From an uncultured Clostridium sp. (lineage in GTDB: Bacteria > Bacillota > Clostridia > TANB77 > CAG-508), in the NCBI GenBank assembly GCA_902462295.1, contig CABQAZ010000005.1, forward strand, positions 18,284-82,283: a DNA stretch of 64,000 nucleotides, in the 5' to 3' direction. Position numbers and translations under genes: made by a program. Each line of letters starts with the position of its first letter. Position 1 is the first letter of the stretch. Below, one piece after another: positions 19,384 through 29,386 of the stretch. The notes beneath the pieces were generated by a model that saw only the letters and a program-made list of their open reading frames with translations, made no database searches and was not told the origin of the DNA.

Positions 19384-19417
19384 AAAGCTCTGGCTCATTT
19401 AGAGTCGGAGCTTTTTA
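19384..19417 (+). terminator. rho-independent terminator after lipoprotein gene
   Basis: AGCTCTGGCTC / GAGTCGGAGCT stem + TTTTT. Confidence 0.5.
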
Positions 19418-19505
19418 CATGAGAAAAATAAAGAATTATTAGTATAAAGAAAGACTATCAAAATCATATTCCGTAACAAAATAAATAAAAAATTACTTAA
19501 AAGTA

Positions 19506-19534
19506 TTGACATAAGAAGTAATCCGTTATATAAT
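19506..19534 (+). promoter_or_regulatory. S10 operon promoter (TTGACA-17-TATAAT)
   Basis: TTGACA 19506-19511, 17 nt, TATAAT 19529-19534. Confidence 0.55.
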
Positions 19535-19784
19535 AATTGAGCATGAAATTTAGCGTTGAAGCTGAATGTGGCTACATCCGTAAGGATGGAGGGAACTTCA
19601 GTGGAGTATGTCTTGGCTAGACCAGGCGGTAAGTTTATATATTTAATAAAGCACTTATCCCAGAATAATCATGCGAGTTTTGGGATTTTATAATGGGTAA
19701 ATACGAAACACCCGGATGTGTTATAACTTGCCAACGCGTAATTTAAATTAAAATTATAATATTATTTAAGGAGGGAAAATTACA
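19535..19784 (+). promoter_or_regulatory. ~240-nt structured 5' leader of S10 operon with nested hairpins (GNRA tetraloop CATCC-GTAA-GGATG) and attenuator-like hairpin+U-run
   Basis: CTGAA...CATCCGTAAGGATG...TTCAG nested stems; TCCCAGAATAATCATGCGAGTTTTGGGATTTTA. Confidence 0.35.
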
Positions 19785-20108
19785 ATGGCAAAAACAGTTG
19801 TATCAAGTGAAAAAATTAGAATAAGACTAAAAGCTTATGACCATGTAGTTTTAGATCAGTCTGCTGAAAAAATAGTAGATACTGCTAAAAAAACAGGAGC
19901 AAAAGTATCAGGTCCTATTCCATTACCAACACAAAAAGAAATCGTAACAATCTTACGTTCTCCACACAAACACAAAGATTCAAGAGAACAATTTGAAATG
20001 AGAACACATAAAAGAGTTATTGACATTCTTTACCCAACACAAAAAACAATGGATAGTTTAATGAAACTAGAACTACCAGCAGGTGTTGACATCGAAATCA
20101 AAAACTAG
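19785..20108 (+). CDS. rpsJ: 30S ribosomal protein S10
   Basis: [13 protein letters not shown]-terminus. Confidence 0.95.
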   Translation: MAKTVVSSEKIRIRLKAYDHVVLDQSAEKIVDTAKKTGAKVSGPIPLPTQKEIVTILRSPHKHKDSREQFEMRTHKRVIDILYPTQKTMDSLMKLELPAGVDIEIKN

Positions 20109-20194
20109 TTTCAAATATTTAATATAAAAATCGATAACCACGCTGATAAATAACAAGTAGAATTAGCAGATCAGCCAATAGGAGGAGAAAGAAA

Positions 20195-20827
20195 ATGAAA
20201 AAAGCATTAATCGGAAAGAAATTAGGAATGACACAAGTATTTGATGAAAACGGAGTAGTTATTCCAGTAACAGTATTAGAAGCAGGTCCATGTGTAGTTG
20301 CTCAAGTAAAAACATTAGAAAATGATGGATATGAAGCAGTACAATTAGGATTTGGAGAAGTTAAAGAAAACAAATTAAACAAACCAGAAAAAGGACATTT
20401 TGCAAAAGCAAGTGTTACAGCAAAAAAACATTTAAGAGAATTTAGACTAGATTCAATAGAGGAAATCAAAGTTGGAGATGAATTAAAAGCAGATGTATTT
20501 GCTGAAGGTGATAAAATAGATGTTCAAGGCACATCAAAAGGAAAAGGATTCCAAGGTGTAATAAAAAGACATGGACAACACAGAGGACCAATGGGACATG
20601 GTTCTATGTATCATAGAAGACCAGGTTCAATGGGATCTACATCAACACCAGGAAGAGTATTTAAAGGTAAAAAACTTCCAGGACATATGGGAAGAGTTAC
20701 AGTTACAATACAAAACTTAGATGTTGTAAAAGTAGATTTAGATAAAAATGTAATATTAGTAAAAGGTAGTGTTCCAGGACCAAAAGGAGCAATCTTAAAA
20801 ATAAAATCAGCTATAAAAGCTATGTAA
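20195..20827 (+). CDS. rplC: 50S ribosomal protein L3
   Basis: [14 protein letters not shown], typical L3. Confidence 0.95.
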   Translation: MKKALIGKKLGMTQVFDENGVVIPVTVLEAGPCVVAQVKTLENDGYEAVQLGFGEVKENKLNKPEKGHFAKASVTAKKHLREFRLDSIEEIKVGDELKADVFAEGDKIDVQGTSKGKGFQGVIKRHGQHRGPMGHGSMYHRRPGSMGSTSTPGRVFKGKKLPGHMGRVTVTIQNLDVVKVDLDKNVILVKGSVPGPKGAILKIKSAIKAM

Positions 20828-20854
20828 GGTTTATAGAAAAGGAGGAAATACGAA

Positions 20855-21478
20855 ATGCCAAAAGTAGATGTATATAACATACAAGGTAAAAAAGTTAGTG
20901 ATGTAGAACTAAGTTCAGCAGTATTTGGAATTGAACCAAACGAAAATGTTGTTCATAGTGTATTAATAAACTACTTAGCTAATCAAAGACAAGGTACACA
21001 AAGTACTAAAACAAGAGCAGAAGTTCGTGGTGGTGGTAGAAAACCATGGAGACAAAAAGGAACAGGTAGAGCAAGACAAGGTAGTATACGTGCTCCACAA
21101 TGGATTAAAGGTGGTATTGCTTTAGGTCCAAAACCACGTTCATATAAATATAGAGTTAACAAAAAAGAAAAACAACTAGCAATTAAATCATTATTAAGTG
21201 CAAAAGTATTAGATAATGATTTAACAGTTGTTGACAAATTAGAAGTTAAAGAACCAAAAACAAAAGTTATGGCACAAGCTTTAACAGACTTAAAAATAAC
21301 AGGAAAAACATTAATTATCTTATCAGATAAAAACGAAAATGTTTACCTATCAAGCAGAAACATAGAAGGTGTTAAAACTATCCAATTAAATATGATTAAT
21401 GTATTTGATTTATTAAATTGCAGTAAATTAGTTTTACCACTAGATACTGTTAAAAAATTAGAGGAGGTGTATGCCTAA
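20855..21478 (+). CDS. rplD: 50S ribosomal protein L4
   Basis: KPWRQKGTGRARQGS motif. Confidence 0.95.
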   Translation: MPKVDVYNIQGKKVSDVELSSAVFGIEPNENVVHSVLINYLANQRQGTQSTKTRAEVRGGGRKPWRQKGTGRARQGSIRAPQWIKGGIALGPKPRSYKYRVNKKEKQLAIKSLLSAKVLDNDLTVVDKLEVKEPKTKVMAQALTDLKITGKTLIILSDKNENVYLSSRNIEGVKTIQLNMINVFDLLNCSKLVLPLDTVKKLEEVYA

Positions 21479-21825
21479 TGTTACCAGAAGAAATCATAGT
21501 AAGACCAGTAATAACTGAAAAAAGCAATGATGAAATGCAATCAGGAAAATACACTTTCGAAGTTAACAAAAAAGCTACAAAAGTTGAAATAGCAAAAGCT
21601 GTTGAAAAACTATTTGAAGTAAAAGTATTAAATGTTAACACAATGATTGTAAAAGGAAAAACAAAAAGAGTTAGATATGTAGAAGGAAAAACTCCAGATT
21701 GGAAAAAAGCTATAGTTACAATAGATATTAATCCATCTGAAAAAACATACCTTGGAAAAGGTGGAAAAGAAGTAAAAGTTTCTAAAAAATATAAAGATTC
21801 AATAGATGAATTTATGGGAGCTTAA
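21478..21825 (+). CDS. rplW: 50S ribosomal protein L23 (with ~20-aa C-terminal extension)
   Basis: IIVRPVITEKS...YTFEV...VN core; extra KGGKEVKVSKKYKDSIDEFMGA tail. Confidence 0.9.
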   Translation: MLPEEIIVRPVITEKSNDEMQSGKYTFEVNKKATKVEIAKAVEKLFEVKVLNVNTMIVKGKTKRVRYVEGKTPDWKKAIVTIDINPSEKTYLGKGGKEVKVSKKYKDSIDEFMGA

Positions 21826-21831
21826 TGTAAC

Positions 21832-22134
21832 ATGAATAATAATAAAGATTATGCTAATTTATTAGGAAGATATGCTGATATCATTGGAAAACCTGATTAT
21901 AGTCTATCTAATGAACAGAAAGAGATGATAAAAAGTCTTGGAGAATCAATTCTAGAAAGAACAGAAGATGTATATGTAAGTCACTGTAATAGAAGTGATA
22001 AAAAAACAAGTACTAAAAAAATAGTCGAAAACTCTAGAGTAGAAACATTAAGAAAAAGTAAAGCAGGTAAAAAGCTTTTAGGTTCTCAAACAATTAAATT
22101 AGCAAAAGATATCGGGAAAGAACCCGGAGAATAA
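21832..22134 (+). CDS. hypothetical 100-aa protein inserted between rplW and rplB
   Basis: intact ORF filling an abnormal 414-nt rplW-rplB gap; weak RBS; codon usage differs from flanking r-protein genes. Confidence 0.4.
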   Translation: MNNNKDYANLLGRYADIIGKPDYSLSNEQKEMIKSLGESILERTEDVYVSHCNRSDKKTSTKKIVENSRVETLRKSKAGKKLLGSQTIKLAKDIGKEPGE

Positions 22135-22239
22135 AGAATATCTGTAAGTGGAACAGGAAAAAATCCACAAAGCTTACTCGAAAGAGTAGAAGATTTAACA
22201 AAAACAAAGTTTTTTATAAATCTGAGGAAGGAGAAGAAA

Positions 22240-23067
22240 ATGGGAATAAAAAGATTCAAAGCCTATACACCATCAAGAAGAAATATGACAGTTTCTGATT
22301 ATGCAGAAATAACTAAAAAGACACCAGAAAAATCTTTATTAGAAAAGAAAAAGAAAAATGCAGGAAGAAACTCATATGGAAGAATAACAGTAAGACATCA
22401 AGGTGGAGGAAATAGACAAAAATATAGAAAAATAGACTTTAAAAGAAATAAAGATAATATGGAAGCAACAGTTATTGGAATTGAATATGATCCAAACAGA
22501 AGTGCTAACATAGCATTAATAAAATATGAAGATGGAACATTAAACTATATCATAGCACCACAAGGAATTACAGATGGAGATAAAGTATCATCAGGAGAAG
22601 GTGTTGATATAAAACCAGGAAACTGTTTACCAATATCAAATATACCAGTAGGTACATTAATTCATAATATAGAATTAAATCCAGGTCAAGGAGCTAAATT
22701 AGTAAGAGTTGCTGGACAAAGTGCTCAACTTATGGCTAAAGAAGGAAAATATGCACATGTAAGATTACCATCAGGAGAAATGAGATTAATCTTAGCAAGA
22801 TGTAGAGCTACAATAGGAGTAGTTGGAAACGCAGACCACGAAAATGTTAAATTAGGAAAAGCAGGAAAGACAAGACACTTAGGTATAAGACCAACAGTTA
22901 GAGGTTCTGTAATGAACCCAGTAGATCACCCACATGGTGGTGGTGAAGGTAGAGCTCCAGTTGGACATTCAGGACCAATGACACCTTGGGGTAAACCAGC
23001 ATTAGGATATAAGACAAGAAATTCTAAAAAGAAATCAAACAAATTTATAGTAAAGAGAAGAAAGTAG
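22240..23067 (+). CDS. rplB: 50S ribosomal protein L2
   Basis: [24 protein letters not shown] motifs. Confidence 0.95.
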   Translation: MGIKRFKAYTPSRRNMTVSDYAEITKKTPEKSLLEKKKKNAGRNSYGRITVRHQGGGNRQKYRKIDFKRNKDNMEATVIGIEYDPNRSANIALIKYEDGTLNYIIAPQGITDGDKVSSGEGVDIKPGNCLPISNIPVGTLIHNIELNPGQGAKLVRVAGQSAQLMAKEGKYAHVRLPSGEMRLILARCRATIGVVGNADHENVKLGKAGKTRHLGIRPTVRGSVMNPVDHPHGGGEGRAPVGHSGPMTPWGKPALGYKTRNSKKKSNKFIVKRRK

Positions 23068-23084
23068 AATAGGAGGAAAATCAT

Positions 23085-23360
23085 ATGTCAAGATCAAGTA
23101 AGAAAAAACCTTTCATAGCACCAGAACTATTAAAAAGAGTTGAAGCTATGAATGAAAGTGGAAACAAAGAAGTAATAAAAACATGGTCAAGAGCTTCAAC
23201 AATTTATCCACAAATGATTGGACACACAATTGCTGTTCATGATGGTAGAAAACATGTGCCAGTATATATTACAGAAGAAATGATAGGTCATAAATTAGGT
23301 GAATTTGCTCCTACAAGAACATTTAAAGGTCATGCAGGAGAAAAAACTACAAAGAAATAA
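23085..23360 (+). CDS. rpsS: 30S ribosomal protein S19
   Basis: [28 protein letters not shown]. Confidence 0.95.
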   Translation: MSRSSKKKPFIAPELLKRVEAMNESGNKEVIKTWSRASTIYPQMIGHTIAVHDGRKHVPVYITEEMIGHKLGEFAPTRTFKGHAGEKTTKK

Positions 23361-23388
23361 AAAAGAATAATTTAAGGAGGGAATTGTA

Positions 23389-23745
23389 GTGGAAGAAACA
23401 GCAATAATTGAAGCAAAAGCAACATTAAGATATGCTAGAATATCTTCAAGAAAAGTAAAAATTGTTGCAGACTTAATAAGAGGTAAAGACATTGATGAAG
23501 CTTTAGCAATAGTAAAATTTACACCAAAAGCATCATCAACAATTATAGAAAAACTATTAAAATCAGCAATAGCAAATGCTGAAAACAATCATGGAATGAA
23601 ACATGAAAATTTATATGTTGCTGAAATATATGCAAACCAAGGTCCAACATTAAAGAGAATAAGACCTGCTGCAAAAGGTTCAGCAGTTAGAATTAGAAAA
23701 AGAACAAGTCATATAACAATAGTTTTAAAAGAAAAGGAGGCATAA
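23389..23745 (+). CDS. rplV: 50S ribosomal protein L22 (GTG start)
   Basis: [16 protein letters not shown]...; AGGAGGG RBS. Confidence 0.9.
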   Translation: MEETAIIEAKATLRYARISSRKVKIVADLIRGKDIDEALAIVKFTPKASSTIIEKLLKSAIANAENNHGMKHENLYVAEIYANQGPTLKRIRPAAKGSAVRIRKRTSHITIVLKEKEA

Positions 23746-23752
23746 ATTAGAG

Positions 23753-24409
23753 ATGGGACAAAAAGTACATCCAACAGGTGTGAGAGTTGGAATAATCAAA
23801 GATTGGAATGCTAAATGGTATGCAGATTCAAAGAATTTTGCAGATTACTTAGTAGAAGATCAAAAAATCCGTAAATTTTTAAAGAAAAAATTATACACAG
23901 CTGGAATTTCAAGTATAGAGATTGAAAGAACAGCAAAATTTATAAAAGTTAATGTTCATGCAGCTAAACCAGGAATAATAATCGGAAAAGGCGGAGCTGG
24001 AGCAGAAAGCTTAAAAGCAGAATTAACAAAATTAATAGGAAAAGACATAAATATCAATATAATTGAAGTAAAAGCAATAGACACAGATGCACAATTAGTT
24101 GCAGAAAATATTGCAGGACAACTAGAAAGAAGAATTTCATTTAGAAAAGCTATGAAACAATGTATGCAAAAAGCTATGAAATCAGGAGCTTTAGGAATAA
24201 AAACAGCTGTATCTGGAAGATTAGGTGGAGCTGATATGGCTAGAACAGAATTTTATAAAGAGGGAACAATTCCTCTACAAACTTTAAGAGCTGATATTGA
24301 TTATGGATTTGCTGAAGCAGATACAACATACGGAAAAATTGGTGTAAAAGTTTGGATTTATAAAGGTGAAGTTCTTCCAGCTAAAAAAGTGGAAGGAGGA
24401 GACAGATAA
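23753..24409 (+). CDS. rpsC: 30S ribosomal protein S3
   Basis: [12 protein letters not shown] domain. Confidence 0.95.
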   Translation: MGQKVHPTGVRVGIIKDWNAKWYADSKNFADYLVEDQKIRKFLKKKLYTAGISSIEIERTAKFIKVNVHAAKPGIIIGKGGAGAESLKAELTKLIGKDININIIEVKAIDTDAQLVAENIAGQLERRISFRKAMKQCMQKAMKSGALGIKTAVSGRLGGADMARTEFYKEGTIPLQTLRADIDYGFAEADTTYGKIGVKVWIYKGEVLPAKKVEGGDR

Positions 24410-24855
24410 TGCCATTAATGCCTAAAAAAACAAAATATAGAAAAATGCAAAAAGGTAGAAATAGAGGAAAAGCAACAAGAGGAAATAAAGTAACAGATGG
24501 AGAATATGGAATACAAGCTGTAGAAGCTGGTTTAATAAAAGGAAATCAAATTGAAGCAGCACGTATTGCAGCAACACGTTATACAAAAAGAGGTGGAAAA
24601 GTTTGGATTAAAATATTTCCAGACAAACCAATAACACAAAAACCAGCCGGAACTCGTGGTGGTAAAGGTAAAGGTAATGTTGAATATTGGGTTGCAGCTG
24701 TAAAACCTGGTAGAGTTATGTTCGAAATTGCAGGAGTACCAGAAGCAACAGCTAGAGAAGCCTTGAGATTAGCTATGAATAAACTACCAATTAAATGTAA
24801 ATTCGTAGCAAAAGAAACTGAAAGCAAGGTAGGTGATTGTGATGAAGATAAATAA
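24409..24855 (+). CDS. rplP: 50S ribosomal protein L16
   Basis: [12 protein letters not shown]...RMGKGKG. Confidence 0.95.
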   Translation: MPLMPKKTKYRKMQKGRNRGKATRGNKVTDGEYGIQAVEAGLIKGNQIEAARIAATRYTKRGGKVWIKIFPDKPITQKPAGTRGGKGKGNVEYWVAAVKPGRVMFEIAGVPEATAREALRLAMNKLPIKCKFVAKETESKVGDCDEDK

Positions 24856-25045
24856 GATTAGAGAAATGTCTTCACCAGAATTAGAAAAAGAATTAGGTGA
24901 ATTAAAAACAGAATTATTCAAATTAAAATTCAGTTTAGCTACAAACGGATTAGATAACCCAATGAAAATCAAAGAGGTTAAAAAAGATATAGCTAAAGTA
25001 AATACAGTATTAACTGAAAGAAAAATAGCAGAAGCAAAAGCTTAG
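24842..25045 (+). CDS. rpmC: 50S ribosomal protein L29 (ATG 24842 preferred; GTG 24833 possible)
   Basis: [21 protein letters not shown]... Confidence 0.9.
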   Translation: MKINKIREMSSPELEKELGELKTELFKLKFSLATNGLDNPMKIKEVKKDIAKVNTVLTERKIAEAKA

Positions 25046-25160
25046 AAATAATAAAAGGGTAATCATAGATTCACAAGGAGAGGGGGCAATCTTGTCCTAA
25101 GAGGAATACCTGTGAATAAGATATGTCCCATGACCAAAAGTAGAAGGAGGTATAAAACCT

Positions 25161-25421
25161 ATGGAAGAAAGAAATCTTCGTAAAGTTATGGTAGGAACTG
25201 TTACATCTGACAAAATGGATAAAACAGTAGTAGTTTCAGTTGAAACAAGTGTAAGCCATAAAATGTATGGAAAAACAGTAAAAAGAACATACAAATTAAA
25301 AGCACATGATGAAGAAAATAAATGTGAAATAGGAGATAAAGTAAAAGTAATGGAAACAAGACCACTTTCTAAAGATAAAAGATGGAGAGTAGTTGAGATT
25401 CTTGAAAAAGGAGGAAAATAA
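25161..25421 (+). CDS. rpsQ: 30S ribosomal protein S17
   Basis: [14 protein letters not shown]...YKLKAHDE. Confidence 0.95.
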   Translation: MEERNLRKVMVGTVTSDKMDKTVVVSVETSVSHKMYGKTVKRTYKLKAHDEENKCEIGDKVKVMETRPLSKDKRWRVVEILEKGGK

Positions 25422-25424
25422 ATC

Positions 25425-25793
25425 ATGATACAACAACAAACAATATTAAAAGTTGCTGACAATACTGGAGCAAAAGAAATTATGTGTATCAGATGTATGG
25501 GTGGTTCATATATGAAAACAGCCAACATCGGTGATGTAATAGTTGCCTCTGTTAAAACAGCAACACCAGGTGGCGTTGTAAAAAAAGGTGATGTAGTAAA
25601 AGCTGTTATAGTAAGAAGCAAAAAAGGTCTAAGAAGACCAGATGGTTCTTATGTAAAATTTGATGAAAATGCAGCAGTAATAATAAAAGATGATAAAACA
25701 CCAAAAGGAACACGTATATTTGGTCCAGTTGCAAGAGAATTAAGAGAAAAGGATTATATGAAAATATTATCATTAGCACCAGAAGTTTTATAA
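25425..25793 (+). CDS. rplN: 50S ribosomal protein L14
   Basis: [18 protein letters not shown]. Confidence 0.95.
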   Translation: MIQQQTILKVADNTGAKEIMCIRCMGGSYMKTANIGDVIVASVKTATPGGVVKKGDVVKAVIVRSKKGLRRPDGSYVKFDENAAVIIKDDKTPKGTRIFGPVARELREKDYMKILSLAPEVL

Positions 25794-25843
25794 TGTTTTA
25801 AATAAATCCAATAACCAAAAAACAAAGAAGGAGGTTAAACTCA

Positions 25844-26152
25844 ATGAGAATAAAAAAAGGAGATACAGTCCAAGTTTTATCTGGAAATGATAAAGGTAAA
25901 AAAGGAGAAGTATTAGAAGTTATGCCAAAAGACTCAAGAATAGTAGTAAAAGGCATTAATGTTAGAAAAAAACACATCAAACCTAGAAAACAAGGTGAAG
26001 AAGGTGGAATAATTCCAGTTGAATGTGCTATTAACAGTTCAAAAGTTAATATTGTATGTCCAAAATGTGGAAAAACTACTAGAGTAGAATATAAAATTGA
26101 AAAAGATAAAAAAGTTCGTGTTTGTAAAAAATGTGGAACCATAATAAAATAA
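25844..26152 (+). CDS. rplX: 50S ribosomal protein L24 (Zn-ribbon C-terminus)
   Basis: MRIKKGDTVQVLSGNDKGKKG KOW; CPKCG...CKKCG. Confidence 0.95.
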   Translation: MRIKKGDTVQVLSGNDKGKKGEVLEVMPKDSRIVVKGINVRKKHIKPRKQGEEGGIIPVECAINSSKVNIVCPKCGKTTRVEYKIEKDKKVRVCKKCGTIIK

Positions 26153-26276
26153 AAAAGAAAGGACTTTTTTAAAGGTGGTAACTTAATCAAGTATTATGAA
26201 TATTTATTATTTCATAAGCTAGAGAATGATGGGAATAAACCAGCACCTTAGAAAAAGAAAGGAGGAATAACTAAAA

Positions 26277-26816
26277 ATGGAAAAATTGAGAGAACAATAT
26301 GAAAAAGAAGTAGTTCCAGCATTAATGAAAAAATTCCAATATAAATCAGTTATGCAAGTTCCAAAACTTGATAAAATAGTTATAAATATAGGTTTAGGAG
26401 ATATAAAAGAAAATCCTAAATCATTAGAAAATGCAATGAATGATTTAACACAAATAACAGGTCAAAGACCAATGATAACAAAAGCTAAAAAATCTATTGC
26501 AGCATTCAAATTAAGAGAAGGATCAAATGTTGGATGCAAAGTTACATTAAGAGCTAATAAGATGTATGATTTTGCATACAAATTATTTAATGTAGCACTT
26601 CCAAGAGTAAGAGATTTTAGAGGTGTTTCTGAAAATTCTTTTGATGGAAGAGGAAATTACTCAATGGGAATTAAAGAACAATTAGTATTTCCAGAAATTG
26701 AATATGATAAAATAGACAAACTAAGAGGAATGGATATCATATTTGTAACAACAGCTGAAACAGACGAAGAGGCAAAAGAGCTATTAAAATTATTAGGAAT
26801 GCCTTTCAAAGCATAG
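26277..26816 (+). CDS. rplE: 50S ribosomal protein L5
   Basis: typical L5 ([10 protein letters not shown]...RGMDI). Confidence 0.95.
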   Translation: MEKLREQYEKEVVPALMKKFQYKSVMQVPKLDKIVINIGLGDIKENPKSLENAMNDLTQITGQRPMITKAKKSIAAFKLREGSNVGCKVTLRANKMYDFAYKLFNVALPRVRDFRGVSENSFDGRGNYSMGIKEQLVFPEIEYDKIDKLRGMDIIFVTTAETDEEAKELLKLLGMPFKA

Positions 26817-26836
26817 TTTAAGGAGGAGAAAAAATA

Positions 26837-27022
26837 ATGGCTAAAAAATCTATGAAAGTAAAACAAGCTAGACCACAAAAATATAAAACAAGAGAATACA
26901 GTAGATGCAAAATTTGTGGTAGACCACATGCTTATATTAGAAAATATGGAATTTGTCGTGTATGTTTCAGAGAATTAGCACATAAGGGCGAAATTCCAGG
27001 TGTTAAGAAAGCAAGTTGGTAA
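26837..27022 (+). CDS. rpsZ: 30S ribosomal protein S14 type Z (zinc-binding, 61 aa)
   Basis: [38 protein letters not shown]. Confidence 0.95.
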   Translation: MAKKSMKVKQARPQKYKTREYSRCKICGRPHAYIRKYGICRVCFRELAHKGEIPGVKKASW

Positions 27023-27093
27023 AAAAATATATAAGGGATATATAAAGTAATAAAAGATATAACCCTTAACCGAGAGAAAAGGAGGTAAATAAA

Positions 27094-27492
27094 TTGAATA
27101 CTACAGATCCAATAGCAGATATGTTAACAAGAATAAGAAATGCTAACAGTGCTAAGCACAAAACAGTTGATGTACCAGCTTCTAAAATGAAAACAGCAAT
27201 AGCTGAAATCTTATTTAAAGAAGGATATATCAAATCATTTGAATTAATAAGTAATGAAAATCAAGGAATCATCAGAATAACTCTAAAATACGATGAAAAA
27301 GGAACTAGAGTAATTGATGGAATAAAAAGAATTAGTAAACCAGGATTAAGAGTATATGCAGGTAAAGAAGAATTACCAAAAGTATTAAATGGTTTAGGAA
27401 TAGCAATAATTTCTACATCAAAAGGTCTAAAAACAGACAAAGAAGCAAGAGAAACAGGAATAGGTGGAGAAGTTTTAGCTTACATATGGTAG
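27094..27492 (+). CDS. rpsH: 30S ribosomal protein S8 (TTG start)
   Basis: [14 protein letters not shown]. Confidence 0.95.
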   Translation: MNTTDPIADMLTRIRNANSAKHKTVDVPASKMKTAIAEILFKEGYIKSFELISNENQGIIRITLKYDEKGTRVIDGIKRISKPGLRVYAGKEELPKVLNGLGIAIISTSKGLKTDKEARETGIGGEVLAYIW

Positions 27493-27519
27493 TATAGAAT
27501 AAATGTTAAAGAGGAAAAA

Positions 27520-27876
27520 ATGATGGAAGATAGTGTTTTTCAAATAGTTTTAATATTAAGTATAATATTATTTATATTAGATATATTTATATATTTTAAA
27601 ATACTTAAAAATATATCTAAGATGAAAGAGAAAAATAGTAAAAATAAATTTAAGATTATAACCATATTTTTGATTATACTTTCATTTATATGTATTGAAC
27701 TTCCAAAAACAATGTATAATTTTGGAATTGCAATTGATGCAACAGAAATGGATAAAATAATATGGAATATAGAACCATTTATACCATTAGTTATACAATT
27801 AATATTTAATCTTATATTATTAAAAACGACAATTAAACAATTAAAAAAGGAAGGTGAAACAAAATGTCAAGAATAG
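27520..27876 (+). CDS. hypothetical 118-aa membrane protein (3 predicted TM) inserted between rpsH and rplF; overlaps rplF start by 13 nt
   Basis: ORF with RBS AGAGGAAAA; fills an abnormal 371-nt S8-L6 gap; extremely AT-rich. Confidence 0.4.
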   Translation: MMEDSVFQIVLILSIILFILDIFIYFKILKNISKMKEKNSKNKFKIITIFLIILSFICIELPKTMYNFGIAIDATEMDKIIWNIEPFIPLVIQLIFNLILLKTTIKQLKKEGETKCQE

Positions 27877-28400
27877 GAAATAAACCTATTGCTGTACCAG
27901 CAGGAGTTGAAGTAAAATTAGAAGGACAAAAAATAACTGTAAAAGGACCTAAAGGTACATTAGAAAGAGAAATACACAAAAATATTTCTGTATCAATAGA
28001 AGATAATGTTATTAAAGTAACAAGACCTAATGATGAAGCAAAAAATAGAAGTTTGCATGGTCTAACAAGAACTTTAATAAGCAATATGATAAATGGTGTT
28101 GAAAAAGAATATACAAGAGAATTACAAATAAATGGTGTAGGTTATAGAGTTGCAAAACAAGGAAATAACTTAAACTTAACATTAGGATATTCTCATCCAG
28201 TAATATTTGAAGCACCAGAAGGAATTACATTTGATGTTCCAAACCCAAATACTATTATTGTAAAAGGTATAGATAAAGAATTAGTTGGTCAAACAGCAGC
28301 TAATATCAGAACAAAAAGACCACCTGAAGTATATAGAGGTAAAGGTATCAAATATGCTGAAGAAGTTATTAGACGTAAAGAGGGTAAGACAGGTAAATAA
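27864..28400 (+). CDS. rplF: 50S ribosomal protein L6
   Basis: MSRIGNKPI... Confidence 0.95.
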   Translation: MSRIGNKPIAVPAGVEVKLEGQKITVKGPKGTLEREIHKNISVSIEDNVIKVTRPNDEAKNRSLHGLTRTLISNMINGVEKEYTRELQINGVGYRVAKQGNNLNLTLGYSHPVIFEAPEGITFDVPNPNTIIVKGIDKELVGQTAANIRTKRPPEVYRGKGIKYAEEVIRRKEGKTGK

Positions 28401-28461
28401 TTAAAAAATACTAACAAGGGGAAAGGAATATCCTCTAAGATATTTAGAAAGGAGAAAAGTA

Positions 28462-28821
28462 ATGGTTAGTAAAACAGATAGAAGTCTAGAAAGAGATAGA
28501 AGACATAAAAGAGTTAGAACTAAAGTATCTGGAACAGCAGAAAGACCAAGATTATGTGTATATAGAAGCAACAGTAATTTATATGCACAAATAATTGATG
28601 ATGTTGCAGGAAACACATTAGTATCTGCTTCAACATTAGATAAAGAAATAAAAACAAAAAAATCTAATATAGAAGCTGCTAAAGAAGTTGGAGCTTTAAT
28701 CGCAAAAAGAGCAGTTGCAAAGAAAATAACAACTGTAGTATATGACCGTAGTGGATATATATACCATGGTGTTGTTAAAGAACTAGCTGAAGCTGCAAGA
28801 GAAGGAGGCTTGGAATTCTAA
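28462..28821 (+). CDS. rplR: 50S ribosomal protein L18
   Basis: RRHKRVR...[15 protein letters not shown]. Confidence 0.95.
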   Translation: MVSKTDRSLERDRRHKRVRTKVSGTAERPRLCVYRSNSNLYAQIIDDVAGNTLVSASTLDKEIKTKKSNIEAAKEVGALIAKRAVAKKITTVVYDRSGYIYHGVVKELAEAAREGGLEF

Positions 28822-29312
28822 TGGAAGAAAATAAAATGCCAGAATTAAAAGAAAAAGTAGTAGCTATAAATAGAGTTGCAAAGGTAGTAAAAGGTGGTAG
28901 AACATTTAGATTCAGTGCTGTTGTAATCGTTGGAGATGGAGCAGGACATGTAGGAATAGGAAATGGTAAAGCTGCTGAAGTACCTGATGCTATAAGAAAA
29001 GCTATTCAAGAAGCTAAAAAGAATTTAGTAGAGGTTCCAATAGTAGGAACAACAGTACCTCATGAGTTTATAGGAAAATTTGGTAGTGCAAAAGTTATGT
29101 TAAAGCCAGCTGCTGTTGGTACAGGACTTATAGCTGGAGGAAGTGTAAGACCAGTATTAGAGCTTGCAGGTTATAAAGATATACGTACAAAAGTTATTGG
29201 AACAAACAATCCAAGAAATGTTGTATATGCAACTATCGAAGGGTTAAAAAGTATGCAAACAATTGAGCAAGTAGCTAAAAAAAGAAATAAAAAAGTAGAA
29301 GAAATTATGTAA
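28821..29312 (+). CDS. rpsE: 30S ribosomal protein S5
   Basis: [35 protein letters not shown]. Confidence 0.95.
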   Translation: MEENKMPELKEKVVAINRVAKVVKGGRTFRFSAVVIVGDGAGHVGIGNGKAAEVPDAIRKAIQEAKKNLVEVPIVGTTVPHEFIGKFGSAKVMLKPAAVGTGLIAGGSVRPVLELAGYKDIRTKVIGTNNPRNVVYATIEGLKSMQTIEQVAKKRNKKVEEIM

Positions 29313-29386
29313 AAATAAATATAGGGTAAAACATCACAAAAATGGATATAACCCTCGACATAAAAAACAAGGAGGTGCAAAGAAAC

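Noticed and set aside
29342-29386. N-terminal extensions proposed by the ORF track for rplO (29342), rpsM (33440), rpsK (33963), metK (36847), murG (8621), ferredoxin (13622)
   Set aside because: Conserved protein N-termini and Shine-Dalgarno positions support the downstream starts (29387, 33524, 33996, 36883, 8633, 13643). The extensions run through spacers, the riboswitch terminator or the RBS.
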